Below, piece after piece: positions 26,504-40,374 of a DNA stretch of 64,000 nucleotides. Made by a program: the position numbers and the translations under genes. The notes under the pieces were generated by a model. That model did no database searches. It was given only the letters and a program-made list of their open reading frames with translations, and was not told the origin of the DNA. How positions within the stretch are numbered: the stretch's first letter is position 1; each line of letters begins with the position of its first letter. Origin of the DNA: Octopus sinensis (taxonomy: Eukaryota); the NCBI RefSeq assembly GCF_006345805.1, contig NC_043008.1, positions 42,346,001 through 42,410,000 of the forward strand. Reading direction: 5' to 3'.

Positions 26504-27115
26504 TCATATTTTTTTCATTCCATACATTAAACCAGTTAAATAATGCTTGAAATCAGATATAGTAATATCTATGTTCCTCTCATTTAAGTTCTTCACAACT
26601 ATGGAAATATCATCTGATGCTATTTGTTTTTTCAGTCTAAGTAATTCAAATGATAATCTTCGAATATATTTGATAAATATATCACCTGAAATGCTATAAA
26701 TTTCTGGTAAGAAACACCTTCGTCTCGGTCGAAATATGCTATGGCAAATTTCTCTAAATAGAGTTTTCTTCACTAACAAAGATAATGTTTTAGACAAATA
26801 AGAGTTGGCATTAATGCTAGAACGCATTTCTACAGTGTTATTAATACTAATTCTCTTTATCTACTTCTAAATAAATATATGGTAGTCAGCCAGTCGGCTA
26901 TATGACTGGAGAGGTGTGTAACTCTTTGAATCTTCTATTAAGAAAGGACTGTTTTTCAAATAGCAAACACGGTTTCCAGCCACGAGTAAATTCCATTTGA
27001 ATTCCAGAAAATTTTGTCCAGATCAATTCTTCCTCAAACAAAACTGAAATCCCAGAATGCATACAAGAGAGTTTCTTCCTCTTTTTTTCTCAGATAAATA
27101 TCTGTCTTTCTTTTT
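26504..27115 (-). pseudogene. Possible decayed coding region of unknown family
   Basis: About 204 codons in one minus frame with only three internal stops in non-repetitive AT-rich DNA; includes the 107-aa ORF 26504-26827. No confident domain match. Confidence 0.3.
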
Positions 27116-28454
27116 TTAACCAGTTACTCATAAGATTCAATACACGAATAATAATTACTCCAAATGTAAATTTTTGACCGGAGTGAAACAGTTTTTGTAA
27201 TGCTGAGGATGGCTGCTTATTTAATTTGTCTACTTTTATTCGACAATGAATCATCGTATTCTCTCTGTTCTACTGTTATTCAGGAAAATGTCGTCATCGG
27301 CTGTATACTTAATTTCCTCAATAACCCGATGTTTGTTTCCTGGCCTGTAGTTCGTCCCTGGCAGAATTGTCTATGGGAATGCTCCACAAATATTTATTGT
27401 GATCTTACATATCTCTGTAGAACATTTTATACGTGAAAGTTTTGGAAGGCGATACAAATCTCACTTTCGAACGAAATTTCAATAGCAGCCTACCGTGAAC
27501 ATTACAAACTTCCGGTATGGTTTATGGTTCCGTTTTCGATCTATTCTCAGTAGTTTGATGTGTGTACATAGAACTGAATAATTATCGATTGTTCGAGACA
27601 TGAATCGAATCATTTTATCAGCAATTTGTTCAGAATAAGTACTGCCATGTTAAATTTTCAAAGCTTGTTTGTTGTTCATTCCGACAACATAAAACAAAGT
27701 GTTCGTCAATGTTTATGATATTCATATGTGCATTTTTTAAAAATTCTTATAAAATGAGAAAAACGAATAGAAAAGAAACACGACAAAAACATAGAGACAG
27801 AAATCTTAAGCGAAGAGTCTTTTAAATTACGGCATATTAATATAATTGTATGTTTTAATATACAATATCATTAATAGCTCTTTCACAACAGCTGTTTAAT
27901 AATATCATGGATTGTATACATAATTGAAGTATTATTCCATAAATCTAATCATTGCCCCTGCAGCTGGTATTTTAAACAACAAAGAGAAAGTTATTGCAAC
28001 GCTGAGAATGATTTCTTGTCATAATTTGTCTGCAATAATTTTATTGGCACTAGCAACATTTATCAACCTACAAGAATTCAAAACTTTCAGTATTAAAACT
28101 GAAATGTTCAATATCATACAACATATGTGTTTAATTAAAATTTACACACCTCTAATATGTACTCAACGAATTCCTTTATCATGTTGTCATAATTTGTGAG
28201 TGTTGAAATAACATGGCTGCTTGATAACCAAATTAAAGAGCAGATTAAAATATCTTGTGGTATCTGGTTACTGTTTTCCCCGTTTTATGTTCAAATCGAG
28301 ACGATGTCAAGTATAGCATGCTTAATTCAGTTCCGAGGTCGGTAAAGCAAAACCCATGTTCATCTTATTTCATTTCGTCGTTTCAATGTCAAAGTAACCT
28401 GTTTATCGCACCGACTATTTTAAATAATATTCTTCTAAATAATATATATGTGTA

Positions 28455-28514
<60 letters not shown>

Positions 28515-28518
<4 letters not shown>

Positions 28519-29038
28519 TATATGGTTACAGGACGTCAAAACAGCGAGTAAAAGGGAAGAAGAGAACACAAAAAATATAAAAAAACATGGAAAACGAATT
28601 TTTTTTCGGACAACGAAAGAAACAAATAGAGAAACGAGAACAATCCCTTCTTTAGTTGTCCCGTGTTTTATCTATTACGCATTTAGAAGGTTGGGACAAG
28701 ACACGACTTCATTAAAACAGTCCTTTCCGCAAAGTAAATAAAATAAAATTCGGGATTTGTGTGGAGGGTTAAAGTGGTAACGAAAACAGGACAGTAACAA
28801 TAAAACAGTAAAAACAAACGGTGATGGCTGTTTAGTTATAACGAGGTGAAGTGGTGAACGCTCGAGAAAGAGAACGTTGAATGGGGGAGGAGAAGAAAAA
28901 CAGAAAGAAAGAAGAAGAATGGTGATAAAGGGAGAATAGAGAGTGCAGAGTGTGCGTCAGAATTTTTAAGATGAAACAACTTATTTGGAAATGGATGCGT
29001 GGCGTCCGATCAAACTCCGCGCATCCATTTCCAAGTAA
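28515..29038 (-). mobile_element. Non-coding Penelope-pLTR/retrozyme-like repeat, copy A
   Basis: Homologous to 40375-40935 and 53140-53410; degenerate hammerhead-like motif at 28645-28705; terminal fold-back 28981-29038. Confidence 0.6.
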
Positions 29039-29639
29039 TATATATATATATGTGTGTGTGTATGTGTGTGTGTGCGTGTGTATGTATGTATGTATATATA
29101 TGTGTGTGTGTGTGTATTCTTTTATTCTGTTTCAGTCATTTGACTGCGGCCTTGCTAGAGCACTGCTTTTAGTTGGACAAACGGACTCCGTGGAAACGCT
29201 TGAGTACGTATTAAAACATTCGATCAGCTTGGAGAGTAAAAATAATCTCTTAAATTGTAAACCACACATGTTGCAAATAACTACTAATAAATACTAATTT
29301 ATTCTGCTATTTTTTAAGCTGAAATCAAGATCGTTCTCTTGCTTTCAGTTTGATAAATGGCAGAATATATTAATTCGACCAGGAAAACCTGGGTAGCTAT
29401 TTGCAACTTTTGTCGTTTTTAATTTTCCTTTTCTGTTGGACTTTCTTATGTCTTCTGTTTCCGAAGAAGAGCTTTGATAGTAATCTTCCACTGGATGCAG
29501 AGCTATTTAACAGAAAAGTACATTATATGTATTTGTCTGCGTGACTAAGTGAACGCATGCGCGCAGGTGTGTGTGCTTATATGTGTGGGTGGTGAGGGAG
29601 TACAAACAAAACGAAGGGCATGACTCCATGCTAATGTAT

Positions 29640-30006
<367 letters not shown>

Positions 30007-30008
<2 letters not shown>

Positions 30009-30143
30009 CACAATCAAGGAACGGCCATAATAGGCCATTCACCCACTAGAAATAACAGCCAAAAGCTTTAATCGCAAAATAACATCGGTTAAAGCTTTTG
30101 GCTGTTATTTCTAGTGGGTGAATGGCCGTTCCTTGATTGTGAT
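30007..30143. repeat. Long near-perfect inverted repeat (58-bp right arm, 11-nt loop)
   Basis: 30086-30143 is the reverse complement of 30007-30074 apart from a 10-nt insertion (AATAGGCCAT) and one mismatch. Confidence 0.95.
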
Positions 30144-30599
30144 GTTGAACTTAAAAATGGTATATGACTATTTAATTTTTTCCCACTAGGCCGCTGGTGG
30201 AAAAAAAATTCTACAAATTTTTTTTTTGCCACCCTATATTGATAAATAATATATATATATATATATAATATATATATATAATATATATATATATATTATA
30301 TATATATATATAATATATATATATATACATACATATATATATATATATATACATATATATATCGCTGGGTTTGTGATCCAATCTGTTTCAAAGCTGTCGT
30401 AAAGAGTTTAATGTGTGTAAATAACTGCTCGTTAAGCAGTAATGAAACGGCATTGACATTGATAGAAACAGCTTAAGGATTTTATGTGCGATTAAATCAA
30501 ACACTAATGCCTGTACATATACTACGCCGTCTCACTGTGCTAGTTTACATCTTTCTGAATTCACAGATTTGTCTCGCTATATATCTCTCTATATATGTA

Positions 30600-30713
30600 C
30601 TGTAGTACCTCGGTTTTCGAAGAAATCTGATCGCGAATCAATCGTGCATTATATATATATATATATAAAGCACGATTTATTAATAGAGTTGTTCGAAACC
30701 CGAGGTTCTACTG
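30600..30713. mobile_element. Short Tigger-like MITE
   Basis: TA-C(T)GTAGTACCTCGGTTTTCGAA ... TTCGAAACCCGAGGTTCTACTG-TA; inner inverted AATCGTGC/(TA)n/GCACGATT. Confidence 0.7.
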
Positions 30714-30867
30714 TATTTAAATATGGATGTATAAATTTTTGATTATGTATATATTTTTATATATTTATCTATCTATATATATATATTTGCACACATGTAT
30801 GTATATACATGTATATATATATACTCATACTACATGCATACATACACACACACACACACGCACACTC

Positions 30868-30946
<79 letters not shown>

Positions 30947-31070
30947 CATGTATATATGCATATATATATCCACATGTATGTAAGTGTAATACACAAAGGT
31001 GCAAATATATGCAAATACACATAGTCCAGAAAACCGTATGCCTCCGGAAGGAAATTTCATCCGTTTGTTT

Positions 31071-31137
<67 letters not shown>

Positions 31138-31479
31138 GTAGAAAATCAAGTGTAAATATGCGTACGTGTTAAATCTCCACCCGTGCGTATGAAAATGGCA
31201 TAAAATTTGCTGAGAATTCAATTTTCTGGTATCCATTAAGTAGCTTATAATTAACCGGATTAACTAAATCCTAATGAATTGAGGCGCAACCTTCATTATT
31301 ATATTTCTGTCAACCTTCCTGAAATCTGTCTGAAATATAAAGAATTACGCTTGAGGAAGCTGATGTACTTTGACATCATTTCGAACCACAAGATCAGGTT
31401 TCAGGTAGAATATGTTGAAGTTGCTTCTATCACTTTATACAGGCATGTAGACATATGCAGACACACACACATGCACACA

Positions 31480-31522
<43 letters not shown>

Positions 31523-31528
31523 AGTATG

Positions 31529-31579
<51 letters not shown>

Positions 31580-31994
31580 TGTGTATGTATATATACTCGT
31601 GATAGAAAAGCAATACCAGACCGAGGGTGATTTATACATACGATAACAGCGTCTTACCGTAGTAAATCCTGGTTAAGCCATTATGGTAAGCCAAGGAAAT
31701 GTTGCACTTGGACAAATTACAGAATCGTTGAGCTAATTACAATGTAATGTATCGGATCTCTCAAAGAGTGAAATTTATGTCATGGTGAACATAACAAAGA
31801 ACTGCTGGGGCACTTTTTGAACGCTAATCAATATATAATTACAAATATAATCAGCACTGGTGTACAATTTTCTCACTAAAACAACTCTCTCAAAAAAAAA
31901 AGAATCAATTTTATTTAAATAAAGCTAATTGAAACAATAATTAACAATAAAAATAATTGCATTAATACAATATTTTGAGATCTCTTACACTGCC

Positions 31995-32360
31995 TTTTCT
32001 TTTGTATCTTCCCCTTCTTCTTCTTCTTCTTCTTCTTCATCTTCTTTTTCTTCTTTTTCTTCTTCTTTCCTTCTCTTTCTTCTTCTTCTCCTTCTTCTTC
32101 TTCTTTTCTTCTTCTTCTTTCCTTCTCTTTCTTCTTCTCCTTCTTCTTCTTCTTGTTTTCTTCTTCTTCTTCTTTCCTTCTCTTTCTTCTTCTCCTTCTT
32201 CTTCTTCTTCTTCTTCTTCTTCTTCTCTTCTTCTCCTTCTTCTTCTCCTCCTCCCCCCTTTCCCGTCATTTCATCCATTCGTCTTTTCTTTCTTTCATCT
32301 TCTTCGTTCTTTCCCCTCTGTTTCTCCAGTCCATCTTGGATTTCTTTCTTTCTTTCTTTC
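31995..32360. repeat. (CTT)n polypyrimidine tract
   Basis: Directly visible. Confidence 0.95.
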
Positions 32361-32828
32361 ACTTACCGTCCCTATAGTTCTCCGAAGCAATTGAAGAACA
32401 AGAGCCACTTCGAATTCTAGTAAGTATATCGTCCAAAATTCCATTCATATTATCAAGTTGAAATGGTCTCCCACGAAGGGGAATTCTTCAACAACTAACA
32501 TGGCTAATTGCTCCTAAACGAAAAACTGCTTCTCTGCCCTCCATCACATGAGTGGTACCTTATTGTATTTCGGTTTAGAGTCTCTATCATGAGACTCTAA
32601 ACCTTGATATTTATAACCACCATCTATACTTCAGGTCGATTCTCCTTTGTACTCCACATTGTTCTTAACTATTTCTATCTTTTATCAGAGTCGGTCCCCA
32701 ATTAGATTAACAGAGAGATTAATAGATAGACAGGTAAATAGAAAAATAGATATATCCATAGATAGAAAGGTGGTAAGATAGTTAGATAGAGGATACATAC
32801 ATACGTACACACACACACACCAACATAT

Positions 32829-33198
32829 AACTTAGATAACTTAGATATGTTTCGACCCAAGATTGGTCCAGGTTATGTCTAACCGAATAGCATCACCTAA
32901 TAGGATAAGCTAAATCATTTTTAAGTCAAGTTTTATGGTATCATGGTCCATTCGAGTAGGGAGTTCTTGTTAAGTGAGTTGTATCCAGGTATGGGTGGCT
33001 TATCCAGTATTCCGTGCAGAAATTTTTCCAGATTCCATTTAAAGGTAATGAAATCCTTTTCTTCTTTGATCTGCTTTGGGACAATAATAAATAGGAAAAG
33101 AAATTGTGCTGCGGTGTATTTATGTGTTGTGATCCTGAACTGGGCAGGGGACGTACGGCCCGTGGTCTTAGATTGGGATCAATTTTGAAGCTTTTATT
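32829..33198 (-). mobile_element. CR1/L2-group LINE 3' end, second family
   Basis: Minus translation [33 protein letters not shown] / LFIIVPKQIKEEKDFITFKWNLEKFLHGILDKPPIPGYNSLNKNSLLEW* (stop at 32933). 3' UTR with GACC-N7-GGTC hairpin and an (ATCTAAGTT)2 tail. Confidence 0.7.
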
Positions 33199-33266
33199 TA
33201 CATATTCCTTTTAGCCATGCAGTTGCGGTCATGCTGGAGCACCACTATGAAATACATATATATACA

Positions 33267-33328
<62 letters not shown>

Positions 33329-34659
33329 TGCATATATATGCGTATATATATGTGTATGTGTGTACGTATAAATATATCTATAAATATATATCGGCTGAAC
33401 CTTTTGTAAGTGTTCGCTCAGTGACGGAGTGAAACCTTACAATTAACGATCGAATCACCCTCAAGAACTCTCATCATTTTTGAAATAAGGCGACAAGAAG
33501 TTTTAAATAATCTGAGCATACATAAGTTGTGTCTGGAAACGAAAGACTCAACCATGATAGTCACGGCTGGCGTAACTTTTAGCCATGTGTTTACTTCATC
33601 GGAACTAACCTGGGGCTAAAATATATAACAACAACAACAACAACAACAACAAAAGCAAGTAAATAACTCTGCAAACTTTGATGATAAAAGTGGAATTTCT
33701 AACACAGGATTTTAGTGTTTTTAATGATAAAGCTCGTACATCGATCGAAACAATGTGTACTGACACAGAACTTTGAGTTATGAGGGTTTCAGTCAGGAAA
33801 TCGATATATCGGCCAAAAAATATGTTACTATGTTGTTTTTGCTTGCCAGTCGATGTTCCTTAATAACTACACCTTCATTGAGTTAAAGGTGATTTATGTA
33901 AGAAAGATTTCGATCTTTTTCACAAATTAGGCAAACGAAATTCATAAGTGATACACATAAATTTTGGTTATCGATAAATAATTTATTTGTCAGTACCAAG
34001 TGATTCTATGTTATATATATGAGACATATTTATCAGTTGTAATGATATCTCCATGTTTCTTGTTCACTAATTTTCAAAATTTAGTTAATCGAGTTAAATA
34101 CGTTTAATTTAATTAAATAAGTAGTACCTCAGATAACAGTACGTTTGAAATCACAACATATTTTTTAAATTATTGTTGATTTAAAATTGTAAATTATAAA
34201 AATAGTCACCCAACGTGAATGCTATGAAGAATAATCCAAAACGCAGCATATGAGAAAGAATATTGTCACATCAAGTAAAAGTCTTATTTTCAAAATAAAT
34301 GCTATTATCCAGCGCTCGAAGAATTATTTGTAAAGTGTGATTGATATAATTAACAATATCCTTGAAATATTCAATCACGAATGGTTATGATATAAATATG
34401 AGTACACAGTTACTCACAACAATGAGTACATGATCAGTCATAAACAAACATCCTGGGGCTATTGCAAACAGCTCCAAATGAGAAGCAAAGTTAATACACA
34501 GAACCAACAATCTGTCTCAGTCTCCTGAATTAATATGTAATCAAAGAAAAGGCAATCGCTTTCTTTTTTCCAGGAGACATGAGTAGAGCTATGAACACAT
34601 TTCTCAAGTCACTTATGACGTCTGTCATGGATGCTACTGGTAACATTGAATTTAGTACA

Positions 34660-35925
34660 ACCTGTTGCATGATCTGGTTGTCGCTGACGAAACCGGCTCC
34701 CCCACTACACTTGCCTGGTGAGGAGAACTAAAACAGCAGAACTAAAAACAAAACCTATCAAATGGACGGACGAAACCCTTGTCGGTTCAACGACTATCTA
34801 ACTATAACATTAGACCTCAAACATTTCGGGTTGATATCCGGCGTGCTGGAAGGCCACTTGGAGTGAGACATTCCTTAGCTTTTGTTGAAGCATGCCTCTA
34901 GAACCCGCTTCAAACCCAGGCTAGTCTACCTCGATGATTGTCGGTGATTTGGTCAATGAGCCCTGTACGATAGTCGACAAGATGAATTACTGTGATTGAT
35001 ATTATCCAAAATTATGTATGCATGTAACAATAAACCACATGTGACTTTGCAATCCAAAGGAAACTCCGAACATGGGTCTGGGCCAGGTCAACACCTCCTG
35101 GGTGAGTGCCGCTAAAAGAAAGTATGCTCACATTTCGACTTTAATAAAGAAAGTCACTCAAATGTTACACTTCCTTTAGGAGTAGGGATATGATGATGTC
35201 TGATGAGCAACCCTTCTGAATCGAGTGTCTTATGAAAGTACATTCGTCATAAAGAAGGTCTTCTCTTGTAACGAAACTCATCAGATTAGCATATGCAGGT
35301 TCAAAACTGGCGAAGAGCATTAAGAATGAATATACAAGCCATCACTTTGATTCTCGCTGCTCACTATGCGTATGGTGTCATATCAGTTGACAGATGGTCC
35401 TGATCAGAAAATACTTATGTTCGCTGAAGTTATAATCAAGTTTGATAGTTTGTAGGGAGTTTGGCCCAACAATATCGAAACGCTTGGCTGCTCCAGAATC
35501 TCATGAGCAAATAAATCGTCTTGTGAACATATTTGTGTCGTAAACAGGTTGTTTTCCTGTGTCGAAACAACAGCGATTAGCATATTCACGTTCGAATCTG
35601 TCAGATCGTGTTAAGAATGAGCCATACAAGTCCTTAACAATTTATACTTCATAAAATATCATCAAATGATGAATGTGTGCGTGTTACATCAAAGCACAAG
35701 TCCAGCATCGGATTGTAGATTAGAGAGAAAAGTATCAATGGATTTATATCGAATCAAGGAAGACATCGTTCGGGATTAATGTGCACACTTGTGGAGTTGA
35801 TGTGAGAATATAAAGGGACATAACTGAGAGCCTCACTAGATTAAGACCCGATTAAGCTGTGCAGTTTGGAGGACAGTTGATCTTTCGGAGAGCCTTGAAA
35901 AGACCGTCTCTGCTGACAAGATCAA
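34660..35925 (+). mobile_element. Possible heavily deleted RTE-like LINE
   Basis: GC-richer 5' block (CCGGCTCCCCCACTACACTTGCCTGGTGAGGAG), scattered residues (GVG; NQGRHRSG; AVWRTV), ending directly in an (AAT)n tail. Weak. Confidence 0.3.
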
Positions 35926-35941
35926 AATAATAATAATAATG

Positions 35942-35978
<37 letters not shown>

Positions 35979-35995
35979 CAACAACAACAACAATA

Positions 35996-36026
<31 letters not shown>

Positions 36027-36066
36027 AATAATAATAATGATGATGAAGATGATGATGATGATGATG
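35926..36066. repeat. (AAT)/(AAC)/(GAT)n array
   Basis: Directly visible. Confidence 0.95.
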
Positions 36067-36449
36067 GTATTTTTAAGTGGAATAATCAAATAACAGTAAG
36101 ATGTATGTAAGATGGTGTCTATAGGTCTGTATCTGGACATAAGATAAAGACTAGGTTGAATGTGGTATGGTATGCACCAAGTTCATAAAAATCGTCATAC
36201 ACACGCACACACCTACGCACACGCACGCACACACATAGATACAATTAAATAGACAGATATAGCTAAAGGTGCGAGCACCTACGTATGCATATACTTGCAT
36301 TCACACCTGCATATATATATATATATGTATGTATATGGTTACATACACACACACATGCACACAATCAGACACACGCACACACACGTATATCATGGAAACA
36401 AGGGAAAACTTTTACAGTAAGAGAGAATGCGGTGAGAGGTTAAAGAGTG

Positions 36450-36660
36450 AGAGGAGGAGGAGGAGGGGGAGGAAGAGGCGAAGAAGAAGAAGAAGGAGAA
36501 GGAGAAGAAGAAGAAGAAGAGGAAAAAGAAGAGGAAGGAGAAGAAGAGGAAAAGAAGAAGAAGAAGAAAGAAGAAGAAGAAGAAGAGAAGAAGAAGAAGA
36601 AGAAGAAGAAGAAGAAGAAGAAGAAGAAGAGAGGATCAAGAAAGAGAAAAAGAAGAAGAG
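36450..36660. repeat. (GGA)/(GAA)n polypurine tract
   Basis: Directly visible. Confidence 0.95.
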
Positions 36661-37227
36661 ACAAGCCATACAATAGAGGAGGAGAAATGGTAATTTTTTT
36701 TCGGCTGAATGCAAAATGAAAAGCGAAAAGTGTTTGCTGAAAACTCAACGGTAAATCTCCTTGACGGACATTTGCTAAAGGCTGTGGAATTATGGGAATT
36801 CCCAATAAACTAAGTACCTTTCTCCCACATTTCTCCATTCTCCACTTCAAACAAATCTGGAAATACCAAGAAGAAAAAAAAACATAGAAAAAGTTTCAAA
36901 AAAACTGCCACACACGAAATATTAAAGTGGCCAACAGCACTCAGTGATAAATCACTGGTTTGTGTGAATTAGCCGTAATGCTTTCAGTAAAAGAAAAAAT
37001 ATAATGACCTATCCGATCAATCAAGCATTTGGTTTCTTGTTGCTGTTGTTGTTGTTGTTTGTCTAAAACTGTATTATCGCGAAAAATAATCTATTTTAGC
37101 ATCGGTTTATTGATTAAATCTGTGCAAATGCCAGAGGAAGGTTTTGAAACGATGTTCGATTAGCGTTTGACTTTGTGACCTCGGTTTCGATATCTGCCAG
37201 AGTTAGAGTTCAGGATTTAGTGTTCTA

Positions 37228-38020
37228 TAATGGTGGTGAGCTGGTAGAATCGTTAGAAAAATTTCCTTTACATTCGGAGTTCAAATTCCGTTGAGATCGA
37301 CTTTGACTTTCACCCTTTCACGATCAGGAAAATAAGTAACAGTGAAGTACAGTAAAATTAACGCCACCAATGAAGCTGACAGAGTTGTTAGCACGGTGGA
37401 ATTTGGACTCAGAACATAAAGACGGACGAAATACCTATTTCTTTAGTACCTACAAGGGGCTAAACACAAAGGAGACAAACAAGGACAGGCAAACGGATTA
37501 AGTCGATTACAACGACCCCAGTCCGTAACTGGTACTTATTTAATGGACCTTCAAAGGATGAAAGGCAAAGTCGACCTCAGCGGAATTTGAACTCAGAACG
37601 TAGCTGCAGACGAAATACCACAAAGCATTTCGCCCGGCGTGCTAACGTTTCTGCCAGCTCACCGCATAGTTCCGAATTTTGCCACAAGGGCAGCAGTTTT
37701 GGAAGAGAGTATGTGTCGATTATCTCGACACCAGAGTCTAACCGGTACTTAATTTATCGACCCCGAAAGACGAAAGGCAAAGTCGACCTCGGCGGAATTT
37801 GAACTCAGAACACAAAGACAGATGAAATGCCGTTAAGCGTTATGCCCGACGTGCTAACTTTTCTCCCAGCTAAGCCGCTTTGCATTTTGTCCGTCTTTAC
37901 GTCGAGGACGGCATTGCCATTTATCCTTCCGGGATCTATAAATTGAGAACCAATTTGGAGTCAACGTAACGCACTAAACCTGTCTCCAAGAATTCAGGCT
38001 TTGTGATTATAGAAGTAAAG
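37228..38020. mobile_element. Cluster of Nin/Deu-type SINEs in mixed orientation
   Basis: + fragment about 37228-37350; - dimer about 37395-37664 (junction 37435/37436); - copy 37680-37880; + fragment about 37880-38020. Confidence 0.85.
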
Positions 38021-38424
38021 GTTATTTTTTCTTTACCAAACTTCTGTTAATTTTCGATGATATTAAAGATAGTTTCCCTTGCCTTCAGCACTGTAACCTA
38101 ACACAATATAGATGTAACATTTACACATAAAAAATATGGCCATTTAAACTGTTAACGGAATGTCATATAGACAATAATGACATTAGGAATCTAGAGCTTT
38201 CTCGATAAGCTCTTAAGGCATAAAGTAAATTGTTCTATAAATTTCTGAACCTAAGGAAAAATTGACATAATTTGACTGATTAGCGAGGAAAAATAATAAA
38301 AAGTCCTCATTTGTTGTATAAATGTTTATTGAGAATGTCTTGTGATTTCTGTTGACGATCTAATTCTTCAATCGAAAATATCGAGTGAGATCGAAATGGC
38401 AAAGAATCTAGCAATCTTTAGTTT

Positions 38425-38765
38425 TTATCTTTTACTTGAATCAGTCTTTGGAGTGCGACCATGCTGGGGCACCACCTTGAAGACTTTTTTAGACCAGATC
38501 AGCTTTGCAGCTTATTTTTCTTTAAAAGCCTAGCACTTATTGTGTCGGCCACTGTTGCCCAACACCTACGATGCAGGGACGTAAACAAACTAACACCGGT
38601 TCTCGAGTGGTGCAAGTGAACACACATTCACACGCTTACATATATTTGACGAGCTTTTTCCAGTTTGCTTCTACGAAATTCACTCGCAGCAACACAAGTG
38701 TAGAGGGACTGAACCCGGAGCCACGTAGCTAGGAAGCAAGCTTCTTACCACACAGCTACGCCTGA
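38425..38765 (-). mobile_element. Second tRNA-derived SINE family, near full length
   Basis: Head (minus) GGCGTAGCTGTGTGGTAAGAAGCTTGCTTCC...CCGGGTTCAGTCCC; tail (minus) GGTGGTGCCCCAGCATGGTCGCA..GACTGA. Confidence 0.75.
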
Positions 38766-39303
38766 TGCTGGAAATTCTTCTCTAAGCCATTTTTGTTTCG
38801 GCTGTAGAATTTTCATGGATGCAATATTCCAAGGAAATTCGAAGAAAAGACAAATCTATAACATGGAATAAAATGTCACATTTAAACATAATGATTTGAC
38901 ATGAAGAGTGTGGTCTTGATAAACAATTTAGCGTTTCGCTTGTAGCGGATTAACTCCAGACATCGGTAAATAACGGGACATCATGGAGGCTGATTAGAAT
39001 TAACTCACGTGATCAGTGATTAAATAAATTGTTCGTTGTCAGGCGTTAATTAGTTCTCTTCGACTATATACTTAAATATATTTCATCGGAGCAATTTCGA
39101 TGAAAGGAAACGGGTAACGATTTTATGAGAAGTTAATCCGTGAATTAAGAGATTCTTATAAAGACACAAGACTTAATGGGTTGAAAGGTGTAATTAAATA
39201 GCGGCAGACGTTTTAATTTTTCTACGCTGCTGAATAGTAAATACGGTAACTTCCCTTACAAGTAGTATCCTCCAAACAACAACATTATCATCATCATCAT
39301 CAT

Positions 39304-39343
<40 letters not shown>

Positions 39344-39837
39344 CCATCATTAATAACAACCGATTTTCTCTTAATTTCATATCTCGATGTTTAATGGATT
39401 GAGCTACGAAAACAATCTGAATGTAAGACTACCATATAAGGCCGCCATTTTCAAAGAGGAGAAAGTGTACATATTAAGAGAATGGTGAGATAAAATTCTG
39501 TTGAAGTAACTTATTCGAAATGCATCCCTTTTGTAAAAGTGCATATTGAATTTATTTCATTCAGTTTGAAAGAATGAAATTGGTTGACTTTCTGGAATAA
39601 CGTCTATTTATGAAATGATTTCCCTTACATTATTCAAGATTATATGTACATGTGTGTCCAGTGATGCGAGGAGTGTAAACTTCCTTCGACTAAATACGTC
39701 CACGCTTATTCGTACATGTATATATGTACATATGTATGTATGTGTATGCATATATGCATACATATACACATAGACACATATACATATAAATATATATATA
39801 TACGTATATTTATATATATATATACATATATATACAG

Positions 39838-39878
<41 letters not shown>

Positions 39879-39912
39879 ATATATATATATGTGTATATAT
39901 ATCTATATATAC

Positions 39913-39963
<51 letters not shown>

Positions 39964-39986
39964 AATAGATATATAGATAGATAAAA

Positions 39987-40079
39987 ATTACTTGGAAATG
40001 GATGCGTGGCGTCCGATCATATAATCATCTAAATAATACATATATGCATATATACATACATATATGTACATACCTATAC

Positions 40080-40155
<76 letters not shown>

Positions 40156-40374
40156 TATATATATAGATTATATATATGTATATATACATATGTATATATT
40201 CATGCCTATATGGGTACAGGCCGTCAAAGAAACGTGAGCAAAATGAAAAACTGGAAGATAAAAAGCAAAAACGTGGAAAACGAATTTGGTTTTCTGGAAA
40301 CGAAGGAAACAAATAGAGAAACGCGACAGGCAACATAAAGAATAATCCCTACATCAGTTGACCCCTGTTTTGTC
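39987..40374 (-). mobile_element. Penelope-pLTR/retrozyme-like repeat, copy B (3' part plus terminal redundancy)
   Basis: 40205-40374 homologous to the 3' part of copies A/C/D; 39987-40019 repeats the unit start after a TA array. Confidence 0.6.

Noticed and set aside
32847-32872. GACC-N7-GGTC-GAAAC (minus) as a hammerhead half
   Set aside because: No CUGANGA box upstream; lies in a CR1-like 3' UTR hairpin.
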